Positions 39,418 through 53,562 of a stretch of 64,000 nucleotides of DNA are shown here, in pieces. Numbering within the stretch: position 1 is the stretch's first letter; every line of letters starts with the position of its first letter. The notes beneath the pieces are model-generated. The model saw only the letters and a program-made list of their open reading frames with translations, ran no database searches and was not told where the DNA came from. Made by a program: the position numbers and the translations under genes. Source of the stretch: Escherichia coli (lineage in GTDB: Bacteria > Pseudomonadota > Gammaproteobacteria > Enterobacterales > Enterobacteriaceae); the NCBI RefSeq assembly GCF_003790525.1, contig NZ_CP033635.1, one strand, 5' to 3'.

Positions 39418-40623
39418 ATGTTTCATCTCGATACTTTAGCAACGCTTGTTGCCGCAACGCTGACGTTGCTGCTCGGGCGCAAGTTGGTCCATTCCGTCTC
39501 CTTTTTGAAGAAATACACCATACCGGAACCTGTTGCGGGTGGTTTATTAGTGGCGCTGGCGCTGCTGATACTGAAAAAAAGCATGGGCTGGGAAGTCAAC
39601 TTTGATATGTCCCTGCGCGATCCGTTGATGCTGGCTTTCTTCGCCACCATTGGCCTGAACGCCAACATTGCCAGTTTGCGTGCCGGTGGGCGTGTGGTTG
39701 GCATCTTCTTGATTGTGGTTGTTGGCCTGTTGGTGATGCAAAATGCCATTGGCATTGGTATGGCTAGCCTGTTAGGGCTTGATCCGCTGATGGGGCTGTT
39801 GGCCGGTTCTATTACGCTTTCCGGCGGTCACGGTACGGGAGCTGCATGGAGTAAATTGTTCATTGAACGTTATGGCTTCACCAATGCGACAGAAGTGGCG
39901 ATGGCCTGTGCAACGTTCGGTTTGGTGCTGGGCGGCTTGATTGGCGGTCCGGTGGCACGCTATCTGGTGAAACACTCCACCACACCGAACGGTATTCCGG
40001 ATGACCAGGAAGTTCCGACCGCGTTCGAAAAGCCGGATGTGGGCCGCATGATCACCTCGCTGGTGTTGATTGAAACTATCGCGCTGATTGCTATCTGCCT
40101 GACGGTGGGGAAAATTGTTGCGCAACTTTTGGCTGGTACTGCTTTTGAACTACCGACCTTCGTCTGTGTACTATTTGTTGGCGTGATTCTGAGCAACGGT
40201 CTGTCAATGATGGGCTTTTACCGCGTCTTTGAGCGAGCGGTATCCGTGCTGGGTAACGTAAGCCTGTCGTTGTTCCTGGCGATGGCGTTGATGGGGCTGA
40301 AACTGTGGGAGCTGGCTTCGCTGGCGCTGCCGATGCTGGCGATTCTGGTGGTACAGACCATCTTCATGGCGTTGTATGCCATCTTCGTTACCTGGCGCAT
40401 GATGGGCAAAAACTACGATGCGGCAGTGCTGGCTGCGGGTCACTGTGGCTTTGGCCTTGGCGCAACGCCAACAGCAATCGCCAACATGCAGGCGATCACT
40501 GAACGCTTTGGCCCGTCGCACATGGCGTTCCTGGTAGTGCCGATGGTCGGTGCGTTCTTTATCGATATCGTCAATGCGCTGGTGATTAAGCTGTATTTGA
40601 TGTTGCCGATTTTTGCCGGTTAA
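39418..40623 (+). CDS. gltS: Sodium/glutamate symporter GltS
   Basis: 401 aa beginning MFHLDTLATLVAATLTLLLGRKL; conserved position between xanP and recG. Confidence 0.9.
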   Translation: MFHLDTLATLVAATLTLLLGRKLVHSVSFLKKYTIPEPVAGGLLVALALLILKKSMGWEVNFDMSLRDPLMLAFFATIGLNANIASLRAGGRVVGIFLIVVVGLLVMQNAIGIGMASLLGLDPLMGLLAGSITLSGGHGTGAAWSKLFIERYGFTNATEVAMACATFGLVLGGLIGGPVARYLVKHSTTPNGIPDDQEVPTAFEKPDVGRMITSLVLIETIALIAICLTVGKIVAQLLAGTAFELPTFVCVLFVGVILSNGLSMMGFYRVFERAVSVLGNVSLSLFLAMALMGLKLWELASLALPMLAILVVQTIFMALYAIFVTWRMMGKNYDAAVLAAGHCGFGLGATPTAIANMQAITERFGPSHMAFLVVPMVGAFFIDIVNALVIKLYLMLPIFAG

Positions 40624-40631
40624 CCGATGAA

Positions 40632-40659
40632 GCGGCGGTATTCTCACCGCCGCCTTTTA
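40632..40659 (+). terminator. Hairpin terminator between convergent gltS and recG
   Basis: Stem gcggcggt / accgccgc with a short loop, followed by a T-run. Confidence 0.5.
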
Positions 40660-42738
40660 CGCATTCGAGTAACGTTCCGTCTCCGGCATCCAGCGTTCTA
40701 TCAGGGCTTTTGCCTGTTGTGGGTAACGTTCGTGAATATGTCGCGCCAGGCGCTGAACTTCCGGGATCATCGCCTGATCGCGCAGTAAATCCGCCACTTT
40801 AAATTCAGCATTACCCGTCTGACGCGTACCTAACAGTTCACCCGGTCCGCGAATCTCTAAGTCTTTCTGTGCAATCACAAAACCGTCGTTGCTGTCGCGC
40901 AGCACTTGCAGCCGAATTTGCGCGGTTTTGGAGAGCGGCGTTTTGTAGAGCAGCACGCAGTGAGAAGCCACCGCACCACGACCTACACGCCCGCGAAGCT
41001 GGTGTAACTGCGCCAGACCCAGACGCTCCGGGTTTTCGATAATCATCAGACTGGCGTTAGGCACATCAACACCGACTTCAATAACGGTAGTGGCAACCAG
41101 CAGGTGTAGTTCACCTTGTTTAAACGACGCCATCACCGCCTGTTTATCGGCAGGTTTCATCCGCCCGTGTACCAGGCCGACGTTCAGTTCCGGCAACGCC
41201 AGTTTCAACTCTTCCCAGGTTGCTTCCGCCGCCTGCGCTTCCAGCAATTCCGACTCTTCAATCAACGTACAAACCCAGTATGCCTGACGACCTTCAGTTA
41301 TGCAGGCGTGGCGCACGCGGTCAATAATGTCGGTACGGCGGGTATCAGGAATAGCGACCGTAGTCACTGGCGTGCGTCCTGGCGGCAGCTCATCTATCAC
41401 CGAGGTATCGAGATCGGCATACGCAGTCATCGCCAGCGTGCGGGGGATGGGCGTGGCGGTCATGATCAACTGATGCGGATGGAAGCCCTGCTGCTGGCCT
41501 TTCTCCCATAACGCCAGACGCTGATGCACGCCAAAACGATGCTGTTCGTCGATAATCACCAGCGCCAGACCGTTAAACTGCACCTGTTCCTGGAAGATGG
41601 CGTGTGTTCCGACAATCATCTGCACCTGACCGCTGGCGATGGCTTCCTGCTGTGCCAGCCGCGCTTTACCTTTCTGCTTACCGGCGAGCCAGCCCACTTC
41701 GATACCGAGCGGTGCAAACCAGTTACGGAAGTTATTGGCGTGCTGTTCGGCGAGTAATTCGGTTGGTGCCATCAATGCCACCTGTTTGCCGTGGGCAATC
41801 GCACGCAGCGCGGCGAGGGCGGCGACCAGCGTTTTACCGGAACCTACATCGCCCTGTACCAGGCGCATCATCGGCACATCCAGCGCCATATCGCGCTCGA
41901 TCTCCGCCGCTACGCGTGCCTGTGCGCCCGTTGGCTTGAACGGTAAGGCGGCGAGGAGTTTATTTTTCAGCGCGTCATTGGCGCTCAGTGGCTGGGCATG
42001 AAAACGCTGTGCTCCGGCACGTAAGGCTAACATGCTGAGGTTGTGCGCCAGCAGTTCCTCCAGAATCAGACGGCGTTGTGCCGGATGCTGGCCGGTTTCC
42101 AGATCGCTAAGCTGTAGCGTCGGCGGCGGGCGGTGCAAAGTGCGCAACGCTTCCGGTAGCGTCATCATTCCTTGTGACAGTTCCGGCGGCAGGAGTTCTT
42201 CAATGGCGCAGGTGTCGAGCAGATCAAGCGCCTGGTCGGTTAATTTACGCAGCGTGGCCTGCTTTACGCCTTCGGTTGTTGGATAAACCGGCGTAAGCGT
42301 TTCCTGCAACTCTGGCGTACTGAGATCGCCCTGCACGCGGTATTCCGGGTGGATCATCTCCGCACCATATTTACCGCGCTTTGCTTCTCCATAGGCCAGC
42401 ACGCGGCGGCCCGTCGCCAGGCTATTTTTCATTGCCGCGTTGAAGTTGAAAAAGCGCATGGTGAGAATGCCGGAACCGTCGCTGATCTGGCAGGTCATCA
42501 TCCGCCGACCGCCGAAGGAGATATTGCAGTTCAGCACTTCGCCTTCCACCGTGGCATAAACGCCCGGTAGTAGTTCTCCGATGGGGTAGAGATGGGTGCG
42601 ATCTTCGTAGCGCAGGGGAAGGTGTAAGAGTAGATCCTGCACGGTATGCAGGTTGATTTTCGCCAGCTTGTTACTAAGCGCTGCGCCAACGCCCGTTAGG
42701 GAACTGAGCGGGACAGCATCTAACAGGCGACCTTTCAT
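40657..42738 (-). CDS. recG: ATP-dependent DNA helicase RecG
   Basis: Start chosen at MKGRLLDAVPLSSLTGVGA (693 aa); Walker A GDVGSGKT and helicase motifs present. Confidence 0.9.
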   Translation of the reverse strand: MKGRLLDAVPLSSLTGVGAALSNKLAKINLHTVQDLLLHLPLRYEDRTHLYPIGELLPGVYATVEGEVLNCNISFGGRRMMTCQISDGSGILTMRFFNFNAAMKNSLATGRRVLAYGEAKRGKYGAEMIHPEYRVQGDLSTPELQETLTPVYPTTEGVKQATLRKLTDQALDLLDTCAIEELLPPELSQGMMTLPEALRTLHRPPPTLQLSDLETGQHPAQRRLILEELLAHNLSMLALRAGAQRFHAQPLSANDALKNKLLAALPFKPTGAQARVAAEIERDMALDVPMMRLVQGDVGSGKTLVAALAALRAIAHGKQVALMAPTELLAEQHANNFRNWFAPLGIEVGWLAGKQKGKARLAQQEAIASGQVQMIVGTHAIFQEQVQFNGLALVIIDEQHRFGVHQRLALWEKGQQQGFHPHQLIMTATPIPRTLAMTAYADLDTSVIDELPPGRTPVTTVAIPDTRRTDIIDRVRHACITEGRQAYWVCTLIEESELLEAQAAEATWEELKLALPELNVGLVHGRMKPADKQAVMASFKQGELHLLVATTVIEVGVDVPNASLMIIENPERLGLAQLHQLRGRVGRGAVASHCVLLYKTPLSKTAQIRLQVLRDSNDGFVIAQKDLEIRGPGELLGTRQTGNAEFKVADLLRDQAMIPEVQRLARHIHERYPQQAKALIERWMPETERYSNA

Positions 42739-42743
42739 GGCAC

Positions 42744-43433
42744 TTATCCTGCAGCCTGCATGGTAGCCCACCAGTCGGCATCAGCTTCAATTTCGCCCTG
42801 CTGATTGACGTGGGGGTAAGGCAGGCCTTTGCGTTTTGCGACTTTCGCCAGCACCGGATAGCCGCCTTCAAACAACAGGCGTTGTTGCTCTGCTTCCGGC
42901 AACATGCTGTTTTCACGCAGGTACATGCCCGCATTTTGCCGCTGGCGCTGGGCTTCGTAAAGAATGAGGGCTGAGGCAACGGAAACATTCAGCGATTGCA
43001 CCATGCCAATCATCGGAATGATGATGTCCCGATCCGCCAGGGCCAACGCTTCCTGCGTGATGCCTGTTTTCTCCTGTCCCATCAAAATACAGGTCGGGCG
43101 AGTGTAATCAATTTCGCGGAAATCGACAGCGTTATCAGAAAGATGGGTTGCCAGAATCTGCATGCCCTGGCCTTTCAGATGAGCGACGGCATCGCCAATG
43201 GTGCGGTGCGTTTTCACCTGTACCCAGCTGTTACTACCCGCAGCTGCCGAAGCCATGGTGCGCATCCGGCTACCAGGCCAGACAGCATGAACTTCATGTA
43301 CACCAACGGCATCTGCGGTACGAATAATCGCAGAAACGTTATGAGGTTTGTGGACCTGCTCCATGCAGACGGTCAGATCAGGCTGCCGCCTGGCGAGCAT
43401 TTCGCAGATACGTGCATAACGTGTTGGGTTCAT
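42744..43433 (-). CDS. trmH: tRNA (guanosine18-2'-O)-methyltransferase TrmH (SpoU)
   Basis: 229 aa beginning MNPTRYARICEMLARRQPDLTVCMEQVHKPHNVSAIIRTADAVG; last gene of the rpoZ-spoT-trmH-recG arrangement. Confidence 0.9.
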   Translation of the reverse strand: MNPTRYARICEMLARRQPDLTVCMEQVHKPHNVSAIIRTADAVGVHEVHAVWPGSRMRTMASAAAGSNSWVQVKTHRTIGDAVAHLKGQGMQILATHLSDNAVDFREIDYTRPTCILMGQEKTGITQEALALADRDIIIPMIGMVQSLNVSVASALILYEAQRQRQNAGMYLRENSMLPEAEQQRLLFEGGYPVLAKVAKRKGLPYPHVNQQGEIEADADWWATMQAAG

Positions 43434-43439
43434 AAAACA

Positions 43440-45548
43440 TTAATTTCGGTTTCGGGTGACTTTAATCACGTCTGGCATCACGCGGATTTTGCGCATGATA
43501 TTCGCCAGATGCACACGGTCACGGGCGGTCAGACGAATAAAGGCGCTGTAGACGCGACCATCTTTCTCTTCCGTATTCAAACTTTGAATATTCGAGGTCG
43601 TGGTGTTAATTGCCGCTGTCAGGTTTGCCAGCGCGCCCTGATGATTGAACATCTCCACCTTGATTTCGGTGATGAACTCCTGCGCCGTCTCTTTATCCCA
43701 TTCCACAGCCATAAACTTCTCTGGCTCTTTCTGGTAGCCACGGATGTTACGGCAGGATTCATGGTGGATCACCAGACCTTTACCGGGGCTCACGTGGGCG
43801 ATAATCGGGTCGCCAGGAATAGGGCGGCAGCATTTCGCAAAGGTGATCAGCACGCCATCGGCACCTTTAATGGGCAGATGTCCGTGACTTTGGGTTGCCG
43901 GTGGAATGGAGGCGTCCCCATGTTGCAGATTTTTCGCGACCACCACGCTCATTGCGTTACCAAGGCCGATTTCAGCCAGCAGATCGTCAAGCGTTGCCAG
44001 CTTCATGCGGTCCAGCTCGCGCTGAATATTTTCCTGCGGGATTTCATTGAGCTTACGGCTACCACCCAACGCATGGTTGAGCAGACGACGTCCCAGGCTT
44101 ACAGAATCATCACGCTTGAGGTTTTTCAGCAACTGACGAATTTTGGCGCGCGCTTTCGAGCTGACGACAAAGTTCAGCCACGCGGCATTCGGGCGAGCGC
44201 CCGGTGCGGTAATGATTTCAACGGTTTGACCGCTGGTAAGCGGCTGCGACAGCGGGTAAGGCTGACGGTCGACACGCGCGCCCACGCAGGCATGACCGAT
44301 ATCGGTATGCACCGCATAAGCGAAGTCGACGGGCGTTGCACCGGCAGGCAGTTCGACAATGCGCCCTTCCGGTGTGAAAACGTAAATCTCATCCGGGAAG
44401 AGATCGGATTTAACGCTCTCGATAAATTCAAACGAGCTACCGGCACTCTGTTGCAGCTCCAGCAGGCTTTGCATCCAGCGCTGGGCGCGGATTTGCGCGG
44501 TGGTGCTGGTTTCGCCGTGCTCTTTATAAGCCCAGTGCGCGGCAACACCCATCTCCGCCATCTGATCCATATCTTCGGTACGGATTTGGACCTCAACCGG
44601 CACGCCGTGCGGGCCAATCATCGAGGTGTGCAAAGACTGATAGCCGTTCGCTTTTGGAATGGCGATGTAGTCTTTCACGCGACCCGGACGCGGCTTGTAC
44701 AGGCTATGCATTTGCCCGAGCACGCGATAACAGGTGTCGGAATCATTGACGATCACGCGGAAAGCGTAGATGTCCATGATTGAGTGAAAACGCTGCTCTT
44801 TGAGCACCATTTTGCAGTAGATCGAATAAAGATGCTTCTCGCGACCACTGACGCGGCACGGTATTCCCGCTTCCTGCAAACGCCCTTCGATTTCAGAGAG
44901 GATTTTTTGGATCATCTCTTTACGGTTGCCGCGTGCGGCTTTCACCACTTCTTTGATTACGCGGTAACGGTTGGGATACAGCGCCTCAAAACCCAGCTCT
45001 TCGAGTTCGGTTTTAATGTGGTGGATACCTAAACGGTGCGCCAGCGGGCTGTAAATTTCGAGTGTTTCACGGGCGATGCGGCGACGTTTGTCCGGGCGAA
45101 GTGAGCCCAGCGTGCGCATGTTGTGGGTACGGTCGGCAAGTTTGATGAGAATGACGCGGATATCCTGCACCATCGCCATAATCATCTTGCGAAAGTTTTC
45201 GGCCTGCGCCTCTTTCTTATCGCGGAACTTGAGCTTATCAAGTTTCGACACCCCCTCTACCAGCTCGGCGACGCTTTTACCAAAAAGCTGTTCCATGTCC
45301 TGGTAGGTGGCGGGAGTATCTTCAATCACGTCATGCAGCAGCGCCGCCATCAGCGTTTCATAGTCGAGTTTCATCTCGGCCAGAATGCAGGCAACCGCCA
45401 CCGGGTGCGTGATATAGGGTTCACCGCTTGAACGTGTTTGCCCCTCGTGAGCATCACGTGCAACGAGATACGCCTGCCGCAGACGCTTGATTTGGTCTTC
45501 CGGCAGGTAGGTTTGAATCAGTTGATTCAGGCTTTCAAACAGATACAA
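43440..45548 (-). CDS. spoT: Bifunctional (p)ppGpp synthetase/hydrolase SpoT
   Basis: 702 aa beginning MYLFESLNQLIQTYLPEDQIKRLRQAY; HD hydrolase domain motifs present. Confidence 0.95.
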   Translation of the reverse strand: MYLFESLNQLIQTYLPEDQIKRLRQAYLVARDAHEGQTRSSGEPYITHPVAVACILAEMKLDYETLMAALLHDVIEDTPATYQDMEQLFGKSVAELVEGVSKLDKLKFRDKKEAQAENFRKMIMAMVQDIRVILIKLADRTHNMRTLGSLRPDKRRRIARETLEIYSPLAHRLGIHHIKTELEELGFEALYPNRYRVIKEVVKAARGNRKEMIQKILSEIEGRLQEAGIPCRVSGREKHLYSIYCKMVLKEQRFHSIMDIYAFRVIVNDSDTCYRVLGQMHSLYKPRPGRVKDYIAIPKANGYQSLHTSMIGPHGVPVEVQIRTEDMDQMAEMGVAAHWAYKEHGETSTTAQIRAQRWMQSLLELQQSAGSSFEFIESVKSDLFPDEIYVFTPEGRIVELPAGATPVDFAYAVHTDIGHACVGARVDRQPYPLSQPLTSGQTVEIITAPGARPNAAWLNFVVSSKARAKIRQLLKNLKRDDSVSLGRRLLNHALGGSRKLNEIPQENIQRELDRMKLATLDDLLAEIGLGNAMSVVVAKNLQHGDASIPPATQSHGHLPIKGADGVLITFAKCCRPIPGDPIIAHVSPGKGLVIHHESCRNIRGYQKEPEKFMAVEWDKETAQEFITEIKVEMFNHQGALANLTAAINTTTSNIQSLNTEEKDGRVYSAFIRLTARDRVHLANIMRKIRVMPDVIKVTRNRN

Positions 45549-45566
45549 GGGCGACCCGCTTTGTGA

Positions 45567-45842
45567 TTAACGACGACCTTCAGCAATAGCGGTAACGGCT
45601 TGTAATTCAGCGGCTTCCTGCTCTTGCTGTTCCTGGCGTTCACGAACGTCGAGGATCTGGTTGTTGATCAGACCTTCTTCGATTTCGCGCAGCGCGATTA
45701 CAGTGGTTTTATCGTTTTCTTCCGGTACCAGCGGATCCTTTCCGCCTACCTGCATCTGACGAGCGCGACGCGCGGCGACCAGTACCAGGTCAAAACGGTT
45801 ACCAATTTTCTCTACAGCGTCCTGAACAGTTACGCGTGCCAT
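45567..45842 (-). CDS. rpoZ: RNA polymerase omega subunit
   Basis: 91 aa, [31 protein letters not shown]... Confidence 0.95.
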
Positions 45843-45896
45843 ACTTAAAAAGCTCCACAGGTGAAGAAATGACTGGGCATGATACTGAAATCAGGT

Positions 45897-46684
<788 letters not shown>

Positions 46685-46685
46685 C

Positions 46686-49073
<2,388 letters not shown>

Positions 49074-49363
49074 GGTTCTCTCCCTAAAAATCTGTCTGGC
49101 AGGGTAGCGATTTGTGCGTATTGTCACGATTGAGATTTTTTAAGGTGAGAGGAAATTGATAACTTTTAGTTATGTGAAATCGCTATTTTCTGTAGCGTAG
49201 ATGTATTCTTCTGACTTCTTGTCTGAGAAAATGCATAAGAAAAAATAGGTTAAAATTGAGGGTGGAAAAGAAAGGTGCAATGTTTAGCCATTGTGTTCAC
49301 CGCACCTGGACTTTGGCTTACGCATCGGGTATCTCAATCAACAAAAAGAGTTTTTAGTTTCTG

Positions 49364-50188
49364 CTATTTCTTCTCTGTAATTTTTACACTGTTTTCCAAC
49401 TGCTTGATGCTGACCTGCGGGGTCGGCAACTCTTCAGGCATGGTTCCGCCAAGTTCCTGAATGGTTTGCCTCACCTTGCTACCCACGTCAAAGTGTGTGG
49501 TATTAGCTTGCTGTTTTGAATTCACGCCATCCCGCTTGAGTTTTTCTTCTGTTTGGGTAGCTCGAAAGAGATTAGCCGCCAGTTCTGTTGAACCCATATG
49601 ATCCAGGATCTTCTGACTCTTTTTCAGCCCCTTCCGCTGATGGATGGCTTTCTGATCTAATCCACCATACAGTCCCCGGTAACCATGATTCTGAAATATG
49701 GCGAAATCGGTAGCTGTCGCTACCCCAGCTTGCTGCGCTGCCTCAACTAATTGTTTGTTATGTTCTTTCAACTCATTTCTCAGAAAAAGACGCTTTTCGT
49801 CTTCACGAAGTTGCCTGAAAGCTTCATCGTCAGCCAGCTCCTGCCGTCGGGTCTGGATAGCAAAATAAGTTTGCCCTGCCGCAATAACCGGTTTCGCAGG
49901 GTCGCCGTTTTGTACTACCAGGTAACAGGCATAGCGGGAGAGATGAACATCTTCAAGTTCTCGTTGAGCCCCTGAACCTAATACAACCATTTTGGTGGTT
50001 TCAACGAAATGGTCAGATGCAGCTTGATTGCTGGCTTCGCACGCTTGAGTCGCGCGGGCCAGTACCTTTTGAAAATTGCGCCAGTCCCGATAATCCAGTA
50101 ACGGAGCCAATTCTCTCGCTGACCAAAATTCTTGCCCTTCAGTGCCATAATGCCGTATTTCTTCAAAAGGTTGATGATGTTCGTTCAT
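49364..50188 (-). CDS. dinD: DNA-damage-inducible protein DinD
   Basis: Start chosen at MNEHHQPFEEIRHYGTEGQEFW (274 aa). Confidence 0.85.
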   Translation of the reverse strand: MNEHHQPFEEIRHYGTEGQEFWSARELAPLLDYRDWRNFQKVLARATQACEASNQAASDHFVETTKMVVLGSGAQRELEDVHLSRYACYLVVQNGDPAKPVIAAGQTYFAIQTRRQELADDEAFRQLREDEKRLFLRNELKEHNKQLVEAAQQAGVATATDFAIFQNHGYRGLYGGLDQKAIHQRKGLKKSQKILDHMGSTELAANLFRATQTEEKLKRDGVNSKQQANTTHFDVGSKVRQTIQELGGTMPEELPTPQVSIKQLENSVKITEKK

Positions 50189-50409
50189 TGCCCACTCCAT
50201 GTGATATCGATTGCAAGGAAAGTAAGTTTACAACTGTGTTTATATACAGTTGTGAGTATCTCACGTTCTCACTGCGCTGGGCAAAAAAACATCGCAAAAT
50301 CTGGAGCAGGCACGCAAAACAGAATTGAATGTTGCGGGGAGGAAAAATGCCGCTCTGTTTGAGTGGGCGGCATTTGTGAAGGCTGAAAAGGAAGAATTGG
50401 CGTTACGAG

Positions 50410-51273
50410 TTATTCAATGTTCTGAATCTGCTCGCGCATCTGCTCAATCAACACTTTCAGCTCAATCGCGGAGTTTGTCACTTCGGCATTGATAGACTTC
50501 GAAGCAAGAGTGTTCGACTCGCGGTTGAACTCCTGCATCATAAAGTCCAGACGACGGCCAACCGCTTCTTTTTTCTTCAGAATGTTGTAGGTCTCTTTGA
50601 CATGCGCTTCGAGGCGATCCAGTTCTTCGGCAACGTCAATTCGTTGTGCCAGCAGAACCAACTCCTGCTCCAGACGGTTGTTTTCCAGTTGCACCTGAGC
50701 ATCTTCCAGCTTCGCGACCAGACGCTCACGCTGCCATTGCAGGATTTCCGGCATATGGGCGCGGACTTTGACCACTTCGGCGCTGACGCCTTCCAGACGC
50801 TGCTCAATCAACACTTTCAGCGCCTGACCTTCGGTTTCACGTGCGATGATAAAGTCGTCCAGCGTACCATCCAACGCCGCGAGAATTTCAGCGGCAATCG
50901 CGTCGAGATCCTGCTCCTGGGCTGCCATCACGCCCGGCCAGCGTAGAATATCAACCGGATTGATTTCCCCTTCGTCACTCTGCATTTTTACCCAGTTCGC
51001 GGCAGTTACCAGCTGTTTAGCCAGTTTTTCGTTGAGGATCAGCTCACCTTGCGCGCTAACATCTGGCTCATAGCGCAGGGTACATTCCACTTTACCGCGC
51101 GTCAGGCGAGAACGAATACGCTCACGAACGACAGGTTCAAGGCTACGGAACTGCTCCGGCAGACGAAAGTAAGTTTCCAGATAACGCTGGTTTACCGAGC
51201 GCATTTCCCAGGTTGCGCTCCCCCATTCACCCTTGATTTCACGCCGGGCGTAGGCGGTCATACTGCGGATCAT
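50410..51273 (-). CDS. yicC: YicC-family protein
   Basis: 287 aa beginning MIRSMTAYARREIKGEWGSATWEMRSVNQRYLE. Confidence 0.9.
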   Translation of the reverse strand: MIRSMTAYARREIKGEWGSATWEMRSVNQRYLETYFRLPEQFRSLEPVVRERIRSRLTRGKVECTLRYEPDVSAQGELILNEKLAKQLVTAANWVKMQSDEGEINPVDILRWPGVMAAQEQDLDAIAAEILAALDGTLDDFIIARETEGQALKVLIEQRLEGVSAEVVKVRAHMPEILQWQRERLVAKLEDAQVQLENNRLEQELVLLAQRIDVAEELDRLEAHVKETYNILKKKEAVGRRLDFMMQEFNRESNTLASKSINAEVTNSAIELKVLIEQMREQIQNIE

Positions 51274-51399
51274 AGACGTTCCTGTTTATAAAAGGAGAGG
51301 TGGAAGGATTATAGCCATCGATGCCTTGTCAGGATAGGAATAACCGCCGGAAGTCCGTATAATGCGCAGCCACATTTGTTTCAAGCCGGAGATTTCAAT

Positions 51400-52116
51400 A
51401 TGCGTCCAGCAGGCCGTAGCAATAATCAGGTGCGTCCCGTTACCCTGACTCGTAACTATACAAAACATGCAGAAGGCTCGGTGCTGGTCGAATTTGGCGA
51501 TACCAAAGTATTGTGTACCGCCTCTATTGAAGAAGGCGTGCCGCGCTTCCTGAAAGGTCAGGGCCAGGGCTGGATCACCGCAGAGTACGGCATGCTGCCA
51601 CGTTCTACCCACACCCGTAACGCGCGTGAAGCAGCGAAAGGTAAGCAGGGTGGGCGCACAATGGAAATCCAGCGTCTGATCGCCCGTGCTCTTCGCGCAG
51701 CAGTAGATTTGAAAGCGCTGGGTGAGTTCACTATTACGCTGGACTGCGACGTGCTTCAGGCTGATGGTGGCACGCGTACCGCTTCGATTACGGGTGCCTG
51801 CGTGGCGCTGGCAGATGCGTTACAGAAGCTGGTGGAAAACGGCAAGCTGAAAACCAACCCGATGAAAGGGATGGTAGCCGCGGTTTCTGTCGGGATTGTG
51901 AACGGCGAAGCGGTTTGCGATCTGGAATACGTTGAAGACTCTGCCGCAGAGACCGACATGAACGTAGTGATGACCGAAGACGGGCGCATCATTGAAGTGC
52001 AGGGGACGGCAGAAGGCGAGCCGTTCACCCATGAAGAGCTGCTCACCTTGTTGGCGCTGGCCCGAGGGGGAATCGAATCCATTGTAGCGACGCAGAAGGC
52101 GGCGCTGGCAAACTGA
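51400..52116 (+). CDS. rph: Ribonuclease PH, apparently full length
   Basis: Start chosen at [20 protein letters not shown]; 238 aa ending ...ATQKAALAN. The stop is followed directly by the attenuator hairpin. Confidence 0.9.
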   Translation: MRPAGRSNNQVRPVTLTRNYTKHAEGSVLVEFGDTKVLCTASIEEGVPRFLKGQGQGWITAEYGMLPRSTHTRNAREAAKGKQGGRTMEIQRLIARALRAAVDLKALGEFTITLDCDVLQADGGTRTASITGACVALADALQKLVENGKLKTNPMKGMVAAVSVGIVNGEAVCDLEYVEDSAAETDMNVVMTEDGRIIEVQGTAEGEPFTHEELLTLLALARGGIESIVATQKAALAN

Positions 52117-52121
52117 TTTTT

Positions 52122-52150
52122 AAGGCGACTGATGAGTCGCCTTTTTTTTG
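52122..52150 (+). terminator. rph-pyrE intercistronic attenuator / intrinsic terminator
   Basis: Hairpin aaggcgact gatg agtcgcctt followed by a T8 run, immediately upstream of pyrE. Confidence 0.7.
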
Positions 52151-52181
52151 TCTGTAGAAAAGTAAGATGAGGAGCGAAGGC

Positions 52182-52823
52182 ATGAAACTATATCAGCGCC
52201 AGTTTATTGAATTTGCGCTTAGCAAGCAGGTGTTAAAGTTTGGCGAGTTTACGCTGAAATCCGGGCGCAAAAGCCCCTATTTCTTCAACGCCGGGCTGTT
52301 TAATACCGGGCGCGATCTGGCACTGTTAGGCCGTTTTTACGCTGAAGCATTGGTGGATTCCGGCATTGAGTTCGATCTGCTGTTTGGCCCTGCTTACAAA
52401 GGGATCCCGATTGCCACCACAACTGCCGTGGCGATGGCGGAGCATCATGACCTGGACCTGCCGTACTGCTTTAACCGCAAAGAAGCAAAAGACCACGGTG
52501 AAGGCGGCAATCTGGTTGGTAGCGCGTTACAAGGACGCGTAATGCTGGTGGATGATGTGATCACCGCCGGAACGGCGATTCGCGAGTCGATGGAAATTAT
52601 TCAGGCCAATGGCGCGACGCTTGCTGGCGTATTGATTTCGCTCGATCGTCAGGAACGGGGGCGCGGCGAGATTTCGGCAATTCAGGAAGTTGAGCGTGAT
52701 TACAACTGCAAAGTGATCTCTATCATCACCCTGAAAGACCTGATTGCTTACCTCGAAGAGAAGCCAGAAATGGCGGAACATCTGGCGGCGGTTAAGGCCT
52801 ACCGCGAAGAGTTTGGCGTTTAA
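52182..52823 (+). CDS. pyrE: Orotate phosphoribosyltransferase
   Basis: Start chosen at [36 protein letters not shown] (213 aa); PRPP-binding motif [12 protein letters not shown]. Confidence 0.9.
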
Positions 52824-52859
52824 AGAAACTCGCCGGATGAAAAGTCATCCGGCGTCATA

Positions 52860-53456
52860 TTACTGCAACTGTGCAGCAATTAGCGGCCAGCGGGCGTCAA
52901 AGTCATCCGTCGGGCGGTATTTAAACTCGCTGCGGACAAAGCGTGACAGCATACCTTCACAGAAGGCCAGGATCTGGCTTGCCAGCAGGGTTTCATCCGT
53001 CGCGTAGCCTTCGCCCTCACGCATTCTCTTTTCACGCAATACCTGACGCAACTGCGCTTCAATACGCTCGAATAGCTGGTTGATGCGCCCTTGCAGGCGA
53101 TCCTGTTCAAACATTAGTGCATGACCAGTGAGGATGCGGGTCAGGCCAGGATTACGCTCACCAAAACCGAGAAGCAGCAACACAATCAGACGCAGGCGCG
53201 CTGTGGTGTCTTTCTCATCTTTCAGAATCAGATTGATGCGAGTAATCAGGCTATCTTCGATAAACTCAATCAGGCTATCGAACATGCGGGTCTTACTGGG
53301 GAAGTGGCGATACAGTGCCGCTTCGGAAACGCCGACAGAGGCGGCCAGTTTTGCCGTCGTGATACGTTGGCTTCCATCGCTGGATTCCAGCATCAGCGCC
53401 AGAGACTGAAGTATTTCCTCGCGACGGTTCCTTTTCGCAGTTTGTTTTTCTGCCAT
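52860..53456 (-). CDS. slmA: Nucleoid occlusion factor SlmA (TetR family)
   Basis: Start chosen at [24 protein letters not shown] (198 aa). Confidence 0.9.
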   Translation of the reverse strand: MAEKQTAKRNRREEILQSLALMLESSDGSQRITTAKLAASVGVSEAALYRHFPSKTRMFDSLIEFIEDSLITRINLILKDEKDTTARLRLIVLLLLGFGERNPGLTRILTGHALMFEQDRLQGRINQLFERIEAQLRQVLREKRMREGEGYATDETLLASQILAFCEGMLSRFVRSEFKYRPTDDFDARWPLIAAQLQ

Positions 53457-53562
53457 GTTACAAAATACCCCTGAAAATAAGCACTTGCCAGGCGGCACCC
53501 ACGCTATGACCGCAAACGAAATGTTTGCGGCTATGTTATGACGTTATTCGGATGCGTATGTG

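Noticed and set aside
39423-40647. Minus-strand ORFs of 64-147 aa
   Set aside because: They are antisense to gltS; their histidine/glutamine/arginine-rich low-complexity translations are typical of non-coding frames.
42996-44783. 595-aa plus-strand ORF
   Set aside because: It lies entirely antisense to the conserved trmH and spoT genes. Long antisense open frames are common in GC-rich conserved genes, and it has no RBS or recognisable protein features.
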